Source of the DNA: Promethearchaeota archaeon | GTDB lineage: Archaea; Asgardarchaeota; Lokiarchaeia; Sigyniarchaeales; SOKP01 | Reading direction: 5' to 3' | DNA: 41,701 nucleotides | NCBI GenBank assembly: GCA_048940925.1 | Contig: JBHLOC010000042.1 | Coordinates: 1-41,701 of the forward strand | In this document: positions 28,744 to 38,621 of the stretch, piece by piece | Position numbering within the stretch: the stretch's first letter is position 1 | Layout: each line of letters opens with the position of its first letter | Notes under the pieces: model-generated | The model's input: only the letters and a program-made list of their open reading frames with translations | Told to the model about the DNA's origin: nothing | Database searches by the model: none | Translations under genes and position numbers: made by a program

Positions 28744-29033
28744 TAAAACATCATCTTTAAAGCCATTGGAATACCACAAATGGTTTTGTAGTGATTAACT
28801 ATATTACAATCTATTGCTCTCTTGATTATATTTTCACCAACTATATTGAAATATGAAGCTTCTCTTAAAATCTCAATAGCATCTTCCAAATTTATTAAGG
28901 TTCCTCCAAAAAATTGACTAGATATTTCGATTTTTAAATTTCCTTCTTTAAAAACTTGGTTAAGGAGTTCTTCATCACAACAAGCAATTGTTTCTAACTC
29001 GCCTTGAACATGAATTTTAAGGAATACTCTCAT
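28743..29033 (-). CDS. DUF424-family protein
   Basis: IACCDEELL, FFGG, NIVGE..I..AI, ICGIP.A. Confidence 0.88.
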   Translation of the reverse strand: MRVFLKIHVQGELETIACCDEELLNQVFKEGNLKIEISSQFFGGTLINLEDAIEILREASYFNIVGENIIKRAIDCNIVNHYKTICGIPMALKMMF

Positions 29034-29047
29034 TTTTTATTTTAAAA

Positions 29048-29461
29048 TCACTTTTCTTTAATTTCTTGTCTAGCTCCGCAGGCTGTACATTTCAAATAAT
29101 ATTTTTTACCTTCTCTTTGAATTTGCGTATCTGGTTTATTACAAATACTGCATAATACATAAGTTTTTGTATAACTTTCAATTAACCGATTTAAGACTTT
29201 AGCCTTATATTGACCTTTTAAAAATAATTGTTGACCCCTGATCTCACCCATTGTCCCTGCTTTTTTAAGAAAAATTCCTGTGAAATGCTTTTTATCTCTA
29301 TTCAGAATACCAATAATTTTATTAAAATTAGTAATGAAAGTGTTCCTACTTTCAATTCGCAACTCTACTTTTGGTATTTCAAATCTAGAGGATTGCTTTA
29401 CATTTTCCGGAATCTTTTCATATGCTTTATCTAATAAATCCTTATAATTATTCAGATCCAT
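29048..29461 (-). CDS. eif2b: Translation initiation factor aIF2 beta subunit
   Basis: Y..LLDKAY, RFEIP, NF..I...LNR, YVLCSICNKPDT, CTACGA. Confidence 0.96.
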   Translation of the reverse strand: MDLNNYKDLLDKAYEKIPENVKQSSRFEIPKVELRIESRNTFITNFNKIIGILNRDKKHFTGIFLKKAGTMGEIRGQQLFLKGQYKAKVLNRLIESYTKTYVLCSICNKPDTQIQREGKKYYLKCTACGARQEIKEK

Positions 29462-29559
29462 GATTCATTATTCTTTTCATTTTCTTTAATAGTATGAAAT
29501 ACAATATAAGAAAAATACTTTACCATTATTTAAAATAGAGACGAAAATTCTAAGTTAAA

Positions 29560-30297
29560 TTAAAAAGATTCATAAATATTTTCGTCTGATTCATAAATAC
29601 GTGATTCTAGGATTAGATCATTTAGATATGTCCTTAATTCTATATCACTAATTTTTGCTTCTTCCTTTATTTTTTCAAAATCTACACCATTTCCCTCTAC
29701 AGAATATTTTCTTATTATAAAATAGACTTCTTCTTTTTTAATTTCGATTTCATTATCATTTTCACCCTCTTCAAGTAAATTGTCAATATCTATTTCGTTT
29801 GAAAATTCTTCAATATCTTGAATTCCTGCTGGAATTTTTTGAATTTTGCTTAATTTGATTTTTTTTATTATCTCAGCATTTCTCAACAAAATAAAATTTG
29901 GTTGTTCCACTTTTTTAATTATTTCAATCCATAGTGAAACAAAATCCTGCCATTTACTAACTCGACCGATTACATCTACAAGATCCCCAGGATTAAATTT
30001 TTTATAATAATCAGGATTAATATTTCTTATTAAACCTTTTATTGATCCGGTACCATCATCAAAATCGAAATCTAATCCTATATTTGAGTCTATATCTATT
30101 TCCTCTTCGAATTTATCTTCCTTTATTTCAGTTAATTTTTCTTTTTTACTAGTTATTGTAGCTAATATTCTTACTCGTTTAGCTCTTCCGAATATTGTAT
30201 GGAAAATTTTCTTATCTTCATCATACATAGCTTCCTTAATATGCTTAATCCAACAATGAATGGCAGGAGATCTTTTGTAGCTAGACGAATCGCTCAT
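29560..30297 (-). CDS. RPA32/RPA2-like OB-fold protein with acidic linker and C-terminal winged helix
   Basis: RVRILATI, DDGTGSI, GDLVDVIGRV, C-terminal L..LILESRIYE. Confidence 0.8.
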   Translation of the reverse strand: MSDSSSYKRSPAIHCWIKHIKEAMYDEDKKIFHTIFGRAKRVRILATITSKKEKLTEIKEDKFEEEIDIDSNIGLDFDFDDGTGSIKGLIRNINPDYYKKFNPGDLVDVIGRVSKWQDFVSLWIEIIKKVEQPNFILLRNAEIIKKIKLSKIQKIPAGIQDIEEFSNEIDIDNLLEEGENDNEIEIKKEEVYFIIRKYSVEGNGVDFEKIKEEAKISDIELRTYLNDLILESRIYESDENIYESF

Positions 30298-30449
30298 TAT
30301 AATCTTAATTCATTTTTTAATATTATATATTCAAATCTCGTTAAATATAGAAGTAATTATTAAATAAGTAATATTTGAATAGTTCCCTGTATCAATTTTT
30401 TTTTAAAACTCATAATCCCCAATTTGATAAAAATTATTTTAAATATTAG

Positions 30450-30580
30450 TAGCGGGGGTTCGATTTGAACGAACGAATCTGCCATTCATCTCTTTAGGAT
30501 AAATGTTCTCAGGGTTTCTCTATGGAGCGGAAGTGCCACTTATGAGCCCTGCGGCATAAACCAGGCTAGCCCACCCCGCT
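30450..30580 (-). tRNA. Initiator tRNA-Met(CAT) with two introns (30516-30540 at 37/38; 30477-30506 at 46/47)
   Basis: A1-T72 pair, three G-C pairs in anticodon stem CAGGG/CCCTG, CAT anticodon. Both inserts form hairpins with BHB-like junctions; spliced variable loop is AGATC. Confidence 0.92.
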
Positions 30581-30860
30581 AAGAATGAATGTATTGGGAA
30601 ATAATTGTTAAAGTTATATAGTTATTATATATATTGCAATATAAATCTCATAATTAAATTTTTTTACTTTTTCATAGGATTTGTTAAATATTTTTAGTAA
30701 TTTTTTAACCAAACTGTAAAATATTTAATCTAAATAAATCTGAAATCGTTTTTAAATTAATGTAGTGAAATTCTCCTTAGAATATATTTCTTTTAACGGA
30801 AAAGTTTAACTTGTAATCTTAATTTAATAATAAAAAATAGTTTTTGAATATTACAGCTAA

Positions 30861-32681
30861 ATGACTACACTTAATTCAATTATAATAGATTTTTTTCTAA
30901 ATCCATGGTTTCTATTATCACTACTTTTCTGGTTGATTGTTCTAGTATTAGTTTACTTATTAAGGAATAAAAAAGAAGCGGTGTATCTTTTTTTTCCACT
31001 ATTAGTGATGTTTAAAACAAAACGACTAAACAATTTTATAAAGAAAATTTCAAGAAAAGCACCTAAATTCTGGAAAGTTTTTTGGACGGTAGGAATATTT
31101 ATCTCCTTTGGGATTACTATTTTTGCCCTCTATTTCTTTTTCATAAACTTTATTAATTTGATTATAAGACCTAAAATTGAACAAGCAATTATTCCTCTTA
31201 TTCCCGGGGTAACTATTAATCTTCCTCTCTATTTTTATATGATCCTTCCTCTCGTATTTGTCATAACTACCCATGAATTTGCTCATGGTATTTCCGCTGG
31301 TTCTGAAGATATCGACGTTAAGTCTACTGGTGTTCTTGGAGCTGGTCTTTTTTTTATCATTGGCTTTGGAGCTTTTGTAGAGGTAGATGAACGAGAACTA
31401 AATTCAATCAAAATTCATAGGAATACACGATTGAGAATTGCAGGAGCTGGAACTTATGTTAATGCTATTACAGCATTAGTCGCTTTTATATTAATATTAT
31501 GTTTTCCTCTTATTATTTCACCTAATTATCGACAAGTAACTCAAGTAAGAACCGTATTAAAAACAGAAGAGGGTGGATTCAATTATGGAAACCTTTCGAG
31601 TGGTGATGTAATTCTTGCAATTAAAAAAGAGGATGCTTCAGATGATCAATATATCAATCTTGATGATTATAAAGGATATACTCTTTCTAATATCTTATAT
31701 AACAAAACAGGAGTCAAATTTTCCATAGGTGATAATCTCACTTTCAAAATATATAATCCTTCTAAAGATACTTACTTAGAAAAAAATATTGTTTTAGGAC
31801 CACGATATAATATAGGGATCAGATACAAATATAATTCCAATGGTACCGCATTTGAAATTACGAAAATTTATCTTGAGAATGAGGGAGGAAATAATTACAA
31901 TAAAAATCTGTCAGTAGGATTAGTAATAAAAGAAGTGAATGGAAATCCTATAAACCTTTCTATTGGTAATTCATTAGAGAAAGTATTAACAATATTCAAT
32001 TTAAAAAGTATAAATCTAACAACAGATTCAGAAACTTATATTTTAGATGTAGATGTTGACGGAGTTCTTATAGGAATTCAAAGTAATTCATATTTTATGT
32101 ATAAAAATCAAATAGCAAAATTCTTTACAAGTTTTTTTCCGGAATTTTTAATAAGAGAGTTATCCTGGCTTTTTATAATTGCATTTAGTGTAACATTATT
32201 TAATACATTACCTCTACCAGTTTTTGATGGAGATAGAATGGTGAAAGAGTTACTAAACTGGGGATTTGGTGAAAAATATAATTCTTTAAAAAAGAAAACA
32301 GATAAACATTATTTTAAGAGTGAAAATAACTATTATGAATTATCCGAATACCGCATTGAAAAAATAGACACTGTTAAAATCTTAATTGAGGATCCTACAA
32401 AAGTAACTGAAAAAAGTGAAATAATACTACCTAAAGATAAATATAAATTGATAGATAAGATTAAAGATGGATTTAACGACACATTAACTATAGATCTCCC
32501 TGAAAATAACAACATTAAAGAAAATACCATAATTGAGATAACATATCAATATTGGTATGATGAGAAAAGAAGGATAAAAAGGATACTTCTTAATAGTTTA
32601 CGATTAATAACCCTATTCATTGTAGTAGGTAATTTTATATTATCGTTCCTAAAATTTGGCGCGTTTTTCTTCTGGATTTAA
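30861..32681 (+). CDS. Site-2 protease (M50) intramembrane metalloprotease with PDZ-like inserts
   Basis: HEFAHG, GAFVE, IAGAG...N, NTLPLPVFDG, multiple TM segments. Confidence 0.93.
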   Translation: MTTLNSIIIDFFLNPWFLLSLLFWLIVLVLVYLLRNKKEAVYLFFPLLVMFKTKRLNNFIKKISRKAPKFWKVFWTVGIFISFGITIFALYFFFINFINLIIRPKIEQAIIPLIPGVTINLPLYFYMILPLVFVITTHEFAHGISAGSEDIDVKSTGVLGAGLFFIIGFGAFVEVDERELNSIKIHRNTRLRIAGAGTYVNAITALVAFILILCFPLIISPNYRQVTQVRTVLKTEEGGFNYGNLSSGDVILAIKKEDASDDQYINLDDYKGYTLSNILYNKTGVKFSIGDNLTFKIYNPSKDTYLEKNIVLGPRYNIGIRYKYNSNGTAFEITKIYLENEGGNNYNKNLSVGLVIKEVNGNPINLSIGNSLEKVLTIFNLKSINLTTDSETYILDVDVDGVLIGIQSNSYFMYKNQIAKFFTSFFPEFLIRELSWLFIIAFSVTLFNTLPLPVFDGDRMVKELLNWGFGEKYNSLKKKTDKHYFKSENNYYELSEYRIEKIDTVKILIEDPTKVTEKSEIILPKDKYKLIDKIKDGFNDTLTIDLPENNNIKENTIIEITYQYWYDEKRRIKRILLNSLRLITLFIVVGNFILSFLKFGAFFFWI

Positions 32682-32707
32682 TTAAACAAGAGTGTTTTAT
32701 GATTTAG

Positions 32708-33682
32708 ATGCCTCATCATAACAATTTTTTAAAGCAAGGTAAATGTTCATATTGTAATAAATCGGGCATAATACATCGAGAATATTCAGGAGAAAATTTC
32801 TGTCAGCATTGCTTCATAAATAACATAGAGAAAAATGTGAATTCTACAATTTCAAGGTATAAAATGTTAAGCCCAAATGATAAAATTATAGTTGGATTAT
32901 CTGGTGGAAAGGATTCCATTACCCTCCTATATAACTTAAACAAGATTCAAAATAAAAAATATCAATCTGAATCAATTATCGCTTTAATCATTGATGAGGG
33001 TATTAAAAATTATAGAGAAAATAGTATAAAAAAAGCTATAGAATTTTGCATAAAATATGACATTGAATACAAAGTAATATCATTTAAAGAAAGAATTGGC
33101 TATACATTGGATGAAATAATTAAAAAAAAAAGTAATACTGCAGATTATAAATATGCTTGCAATTATTGTGCTACATTCAGACGAAGATTATTAAATGATG
33201 GCGCAAAAGAATTAAACGGTACTTTGCTTGCATTAGGACATAATCTTACAGATTTTGCAGAAACTTATCTAATCAATATTCTTTATAAACGATTGCGTTT
33301 AATTGGGAATCAATACCTATTTAAAAAGGAAAATACAAATATAAGGCATTATTTTTTAAAGAGGATTTCACCTCTAATGAGAATTCCTGAAGAAGAGATA
33401 TTATTATATGCAAATATAAAGAAATTCAATTATTATCCATTACATTGTCCATACAGAGAAAAAGATCCAATTATTAGAAAGAGAGTTTTAGATTTCATTC
33501 AAGAATGTAAAAAATATAGTCCAGAAATAGAATTTAATTTACTCAATGGATTTTTAGAACTATCTGCTATGCTCTATAAACAAACTGAGGTAAATTTTTC
33601 TCAGAGATGTCAATCTTGTGGGTATCCATGCGGAAATAATCAAATTTGTATTTTCTGTAGTTATTTAAAAGAAATCGATTAA
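32708..33682 (+). CDS. tRNA 2-thiolation protein (TtuA/Ncs6/Ctu1 family)
   Basis: N-terminal CxxC/CxxC, SGGKDS, IDEGI, CNYCATFRR, GHNLTD.AET, CPY, C-terminal Zn finger. Confidence 0.92.
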   Translation: MPHHNNFLKQGKCSYCNKSGIIHREYSGENFCQHCFINNIEKNVNSTISRYKMLSPNDKIIVGLSGGKDSITLLYNLNKIQNKKYQSESIIALIIDEGIKNYRENSIKKAIEFCIKYDIEYKVISFKERIGYTLDEIIKKKSNTADYKYACNYCATFRRRLLNDGAKELNGTLLALGHNLTDFAETYLINILYKRLRLIGNQYLFKKENTNIRHYFLKRISPLMRIPEEEILLYANIKKFNYYPLHCPYREKDPIIRKRVLDFIQECKKYSPEIEFNLLNGFLELSAMLYKQTEVNFSQRCQSCGYPCGNNQICIFCSYLKEID

Positions 33683-34671
33683 TGACTCCTCTCAATTAAA
33701 TATTCTCCCATTTCTTTTAATTTTTTATATTCTCTTATTTCTTCTTTAAATAATGGAACTTCTATCAAATTTTTATTTAATTTTTCCATAAAAATATCTT
33801 TTATTTTAACTAAATTCTTTTGTTGCATTTCTCTTCTAGCTTTACAAAAGACACAAAGTTCAGTAGAGTCTTGATATAGTTGGTTTACAACAATATTAGA
33901 GATGGGAATATTATATTTAATCAACTCGTTAAGTAATCGACCTGTTTCGGTGATAGCCATTTCTTCAGGGATCATTACAATAATAAATGAATTTTTAATT
34001 GGGTTTGTAAGATCATCCCTTGCATTCAAAATGGCATTATTTAGTCTTTCTAGTACTTCTAGAGAATTATTACTATCTTTTTCTTCTTTTGAAAATAATC
34101 TTTTTACCGCACCAAACATCTTTCCTATTCTTAGTCGCATTTTTATAAGTTTGCCTATCCAACCGGACAAAGTTTCTGGTAAACTTAAGAACCGTAGAGT
34201 ATGTCCTGTAGGTGCTGTATCAAATATTACTAAGTCATAATCATGTTCGGTTTCTATATATTCTAAAATTTTTCCAAAAGCTAAAGCTTCATCAATTCCA
34301 GGAGGTGTTAATGAAGATAATTCTTCCATATCCCCAAATAATGGCATATTTTCCATTAATCCAGACATTCCCATTTCTTCCATTGGGTTTATATTGGTTA
34401 ATCCTTGAACCTCTGCCATATTTACCTTAGGATTGATTTCTAATGCTGTTAGATTTTCTATGCCTTCAATTGAAGTAGGTACACCTGGTGATAATTCAAC
34501 ACCTAGACTATCCCCTAATGAATGAGCGGGATCAGTACTTATAATAAGTGTATTTCTTCCATGTTCAGCTGCCCAAATTGCTGAACTTACCGCACAACTG
34601 GTTTTACCAACGCCTCCTTTTCCCCCAAACATAATCATCTTTAACTTTAATAATTGATCTTTTAATTGCAT
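33679..34671 (-). CDS. Get3/TRC40-like (ArsA family) ATPase
   Basis: GGKGGVGKT, STDPAHSL, PGIDE, DTAPTGHTLRFL, CVFC; single ATPase domain. Confidence 0.93.
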   Translation of the reverse strand: MQLKDQLLKLKMIMFGGKGGVGKTSCAVSSAIWAAEHGRNTLIISTDPAHSLGDSLGVELSPGVPTSIEGIENLTALEINPKVNMAEVQGLTNINPMEEMGMSGLMENMPLFGDMEELSSLTPPGIDEALAFGKILEYIETEHDYDLVIFDTAPTGHTLRFLSLPETLSGWIGKLIKMRLRIGKMFGAVKRLFSKEEKDSNNSLEVLERLNNAILNARDDLTNPIKNSFIIVMIPEEMAITETGRLLNELIKYNIPISNIVVNQLYQDSTELCVFCKARREMQQKNLVKIKDIFMEKLNKNLIEVPLFKEEIREYKKLKEMGEYLIERSH

Positions 34672-34739
34672 CTTTTACCAACAGTTTTTTGTTATTTAAT
34701 ATTTAAATTTTATAGGAAACAAATATGAATTTTCTAATT

Positions 34740-36014
34740 CTAATAGTCAATTTTATACCGAAGGATTGCCGCAATTCCCCCAAAAGTACTAAATAACATT
34801 TCTCCTTCCTCGGTTTCTGTCGATAATATCTCCACATCTGTACCAGTTGATTCTGCAATTTCTCCCAATTCTTCAATTAGAGAATCCACTTTAATAATAT
34901 TGAAAGAATTTGAACTACATTCAGGACAAATCTCTTCTTGGATATCTGTTATCTGTATTTCTAGAAACTCTTTTTTAACTGTTTTTTCTTCACTATAATC
35001 ACAATTAGAGCATCTTATTTGAATTCTATATTTATCCAACTTCTCAGAAAGTAAGAGAATATCGACAGCACCATAGTTTAATGCTCTTTGTATTTCTTCT
35101 AATCCGTACGTAGCTAATCCTGTTTCACTAGTGATCTCTTTCATAAATCTTTGCATCACTTCTTTTTCTCGAATATATTTCACATTTTCAATTTGATCTT
35201 TGACCTTTTCGATAAGTTCACGAATTCCTTCAATACCACTATATCCTATATCAACTACGTTCATTATCTTATCCCGTAATCTATAATCTAAACTTTCATC
35301 CTTTACAAATTTTTCTTTTGAAGGTCCTGGGCCTCCTATAAAAATACCTTTTAAATCTTCAAAACCTAGAAAAATCTCATTCACTGTATCAGAAATTCGC
35401 CTATAAAACGCAATTTCTGCTTCCTCATTTAATCTTTCAAATCTTCTCTGTGATTGACCACCTGCACTATGCTTTGAATGAATTCCAGATGTAAATTCTT
35501 TAACTATTTCTATAGTATTTCCTTTAATGTAACCTACTGCAGAATTTTTTCTTCCAATTACTATTAAACCATAAGTCTCCTTATAAGTAAGCATTTCCTC
35601 TAAAGGCCATAATAAAAATTCACTTGCACAATGGTATCTAAATGTGGTAACTCTATCAGGAGGTTCAACTATAAATAACTCATTCTTTTCAGTTCCTGGG
35701 GTATTTCCTTGAGGGATTGCTCCAGAAAACATAACTAGCCCATTTTCGGGGACATCTTTAATATTTTTTAATTGTCCTAAAAGACTAGATATACTATCTA
35801 ATACATTTTTTCGAGTTAGTTTTGATTTGATATTTTGACTTTCACTTATTTCATTTTTCAGATGATTTGTCACATCTGAAACCTTTCTATCATGAGGAAT
35901 GTAGACAGAAATTAATTCAGTGTGAAAACCCTTTTTACTTTTAAGATCTTCTATTAATTTTTTAGTTCTATAAATCTTTAAATCATTAGTTTTCTTTTTT
36001 GTTGCTAAACTCAT
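34740..36014 (-). CDS. prf1: Peptide chain release factor aRF1
   Basis: TELISVYIP, NIKS, YHCAS.F, GGQS, GGIAAILRY, Zn-ribbon insert; ATG 36014 preferred. Confidence 0.97.
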   Translation of the reverse strand: MSLATKKKTNDLKIYRTKKLIEDLKSKKGFHTELISVYIPHDRKVSDVTNHLKNEISESQNIKSKLTRKNVLDSISSLLGQLKNIKDVPENGLVMFSGAIPQGNTPGTEKNELFIVEPPDRVTTFRYHCASEFLLWPLEEMLTYKETYGLIVIGRKNSAVGYIKGNTIEIVKEFTSGIHSKHSAGGQSQRRFERLNEEAEIAFYRRISDTVNEIFLGFEDLKGIFIGGPGPSKEKFVKDESLDYRLRDKIMNVVDIGYSGIEGIRELIEKVKDQIENVKYIREKEVMQRFMKEITSETGLATYGLEEIQRALNYGAVDILLLSEKLDKYRIQIRCSNCDYSEEKTVKKEFLEIQITDIQEEICPECSSNSFNIIKVDSLIEELGEIAESTGTDVEILSTETEEGEMLFSTFGGIAAILRYKIDY

Positions 36015-36107
36015 ATCAATCTTCAAAAATTAAAAATTTACAAAAAATTAATAGTTTTTCTTTATATGAATCTATATAAAGAACCATAATAATATTAACG
36101 TTAAACT

Positions 36108-36905
36108 ATGACATTAGATAAAAATGAAATACAAGAAATTCCTAAGACCCATCCTCGCTATGAAAGTCTTAAATATCGTCATAAAATTATTGAAGGTATG
36201 AAAAAATTAGTAGTTGCTGAGGCAGGCTTAATAGCACATGGGAGAGGTGAATGTTTTGATTATATTATAGGAGAAAAAACAACTCAACCTGCGATGTTGG
36301 CAATAAGAGCAGCTGTTGCCGCATTATTACTTGCAGAGAGACCCGTCATTAGCGTAAACGGAAATATTGCAGCTTTAATTCCCGAAGAACTAACGTTTCT
36401 AGCTAAAATCTTAAAAATCCCCCTTGAAATTAATTTGTTTTATCAAAAAGAAGGTAGAATTGAAGCTATTAAAAATGTATTACAAAATGCGGGTGCTACT
36501 GATATAAGAGGTATAAATGAAGAAAAGATGGTTGAACTTCAAGGTCTTGATAGTAATAGAAGAAAAGTAGAATTAATTGCTAATGCTGATCTAGTAATGG
36601 TTCCTTTGGAAGATGGCGATCGAACAGAAGCTCTAAAAAAGTTAAAAAAAAAGGTTATTGCAATAGATTTAAATCCCATAAGTAGAACTGCTTTATGGGC
36701 AGATATCACTATTGTTGATAATGTAGTACGAGCTATACCTAAAATGATAGAAATGGTTAAAGAATTAAAAAATCTAAATCAGACACAATTAAATGAAATT
36801 ATAGATAATTTTGATAATAAAAATAATATTAAAACTATGTTAGATTTAATAATTAACTATATTGAAAAACAAAAAAACGAAGCATTTAATATCCTAAAAG
36901 GATAG
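36108..36905 (+). CDS. Phosphopantothenate synthetase (archaeal PPS)
   Basis: IPKTHPRYESL, GLIAHGRGE.FDY.IGE, SVNGN, VPLEDGDR, IDLNP.SRT. Confidence 0.95.
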   Translation: MTLDKNEIQEIPKTHPRYESLKYRHKIIEGMKKLVVAEAGLIAHGRGECFDYIIGEKTTQPAMLAIRAAVAALLLAERPVISVNGNIAALIPEELTFLAKILKIPLEINLFYQKEGRIEAIKNVLQNAGATDIRGINEEKMVELQGLDSNRRKVELIANADLVMVPLEDGDRTEALKKLKKKVIAIDLNPISRTALWADITIVDNVVRAIPKMIEMVKELKNLNQTQLNEIIDNFDNKNNIKTMLDLIINYIEKQKNEAFNILKG

Positions 36906-37008
36906 TCCTTTTTGTTTTTTATTCATAAAAACTTAAAAGTTTCAAATCTTATATCGTATATATTAACAAAACTATTTTTATATTAAAATTAATTGAGCAA
37001 GAATAGTA

Positions 37009-37536
37009 ATGGGTACCGATAAAGATACAAAGATGAATTTATTCGATACGTATAAAAATCAACAAGAAGTTCTTATAAGACGATGTACTTTAGATGACTT
37101 AGATGGAGTAATTGATGTGAATGAAAGAGAACTCCCTGAAGATTATCCCTACTTTTTTTATAAAAGTATACTTGATGATTATCCAGAATCTTTTTTAGTA
37201 GCTCAAGATAAAAATGGTAAAATTGTTGCATATATCATGTGGAGAGTTGAAAAAACACCCTCTTTCAATGGTTTAAAATATGTAAATAAAGGACATCTAG
37301 TTTCTATAGCAGTTTCAGAAGATTATAGGAGAAAAGGAATTGCTTTTGAATTATTGTCGCATAGTATGTCAGCAATAAAGAAATATAGAATCAAATCTTA
37401 TGTTCTGGAAGTTAGAGTATCAAATTATAGTGCTATTAAATTATACGAGAAATTTAATTTCAAAACAAAAGGCATTAAAAAGAATTATTATAGAGACGGA
37501 GAAAATGCCTATTTCATGGTTCGTGAAGTTCAGTAA
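37009..37536 (+). CDS. N-terminal acetyltransferase (Ard1/RimI GNAT)
   Basis: LPEDY, GHLVSIAV...YRRKGIA, LEVRVSN..AI.LY, YYRDGENA. Confidence 0.93.
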   Translation: MGTDKDTKMNLFDTYKNQQEVLIRRCTLDDLDGVIDVNERELPEDYPYFFYKSILDDYPESFLVAQDKNGKIVAYIMWRVEKTPSFNGLKYVNKGHLVSIAVSEDYRRKGIAFELLSHSMSAIKKYRIKSYVLEVRVSNYSAIKLYEKFNFKTKGIKKNYYRDGENAYFMVREVQ

Positions 37537-37549
37537 TTATATTTAATAT

Positions 37550-38557
37550 CTAAAGATCAGAAAATTGTAATCCTTTTATTAGATATGTTAAAATTTCATT
37601 CACAGGTACATCTATTCCTAATTCTCTAGCATATTTTACTATTCTCCCATTAATGAAATTAATCTCAGTGATTTTATTATTCATTATATCTTGCAACATT
37701 GAATTTTTATTTTCTGCTGTTGATTTTGCGACATTAAAGGCTAAACTGATATAATCTTTTTTAGAAAATTTAATTTCTTTTAGTTCTGCGACGTGAATTG
37801 CTTCACTAATGGCTTTGCCCATAAATTGCTTTAATCCATCAATTTTTAATAATTGACCATTTTTTAACCTAGTTAATGTCCCAATTGCATTGATACCGAC
37901 ATTTACAAATACTTTTTCCCAACTCACTTTAATTATATCTTGTACGATAATTGTCTCTAAATTTGCTAGATTCAGAAGATCTCGTAATAAAACTAAATCT
38001 TTAACTGCCTTTTCTATTTGATTATTTTCTAAATTAAGATAATTTAAATATGGAAATCCTATTTTTGTTATTCCTTGGCCTGTATGGTATAGTCGACCTG
38101 GTCTTTTTAAAATTGCTCCATTTGTAGTAATTGCTCTTACAATTTTTAATTTTGAACAATATTCACTTACTATATCTTCATTACCAATTCCATTCTGTAA
38201 AATAACCAACCATTTGCTCGAATCAATTATAGGTTTATATTGAATTAATGCCTTTTTGTTATCATATGCTTTTGTTGTAAGAAAAATATAAGTAAATTTT
38301 AAATTAGGATCTTCTTTCAATTTTTGCTCAAAATATTTCTCATCTTCACATACATCAATGTTTCTAATTTTCTTAATAACTTTATTTTTTGTAATTATTA
38401 AGCCATCTCTCTTAATAACAGTCGCTTGAACCCTTTTACAAAAAAAAGTAACACTTAAATCATAAATATCAGGTTTTATATTAGCAAGATATCCTCCAAA
38501 AAGACTTCCTATTGAACCAGCTCCAATAAACCCAATTCTTATACTTTTCTTATTCAA
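37550..38557 (-). CDS. panE: Ketopantoate reductase
   Basis: GAGSIGS, TKAYD, LQNGIG, WEKVFVN.GIN, NSMLQD...TEI..ING. Confidence 0.93.
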   Translation of the reverse strand: MNKKSIRIGFIGAGSIGSLFGGYLANIKPDIYDLSVTFFCKRVQATVIKRDGLIITKNKVIKKIRNIDVCEDEKYFEQKLKEDPNLKFTYIFLTTKAYDNKKALIQYKPIIDSSKWLVILQNGIGNEDIVSEYCSKLKIVRAITTNGAILKRPGRLYHTGQGITKIGFPYLNYLNLENNQIEKAVKDLVLLRDLLNLANLETIIVQDIIKVSWEKVFVNVGINAIGTLTRLKNGQLLKIDGLKQFMGKAISEAIHVAELKEIKFSKKDYISLAFNVAKSTAENKNSMLQDIMNNKITEINFINGRIVKYARELGIDVPVNEILTYLIKGLQFSDL

Positions 38558-38621
38558 GCTTCATTTGAGCCCCTTTGATTTCTTATATATATTAAAAAAT
38601 AATATCTTATATTTGAAAAAT

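Noticed and set aside
3860-34430. Short ORFs nested in or antisense to long genes (3860, 4102, 9508, 10371, 10848, 11088, 13933, 14906, 16203, 16944, 18989, 23506, 25013, 27659, 29228, 31050, 32333, 33902, 34212)
   Set aside because: Shadow frames of well-supported genes with no independent motifs.
13755-38557. PoK, PPS and ketopantoate reductase as a novel cluster
   Set aside because: This is the known archaeal CoA route, and the genes are dispersed and not co-oriented.
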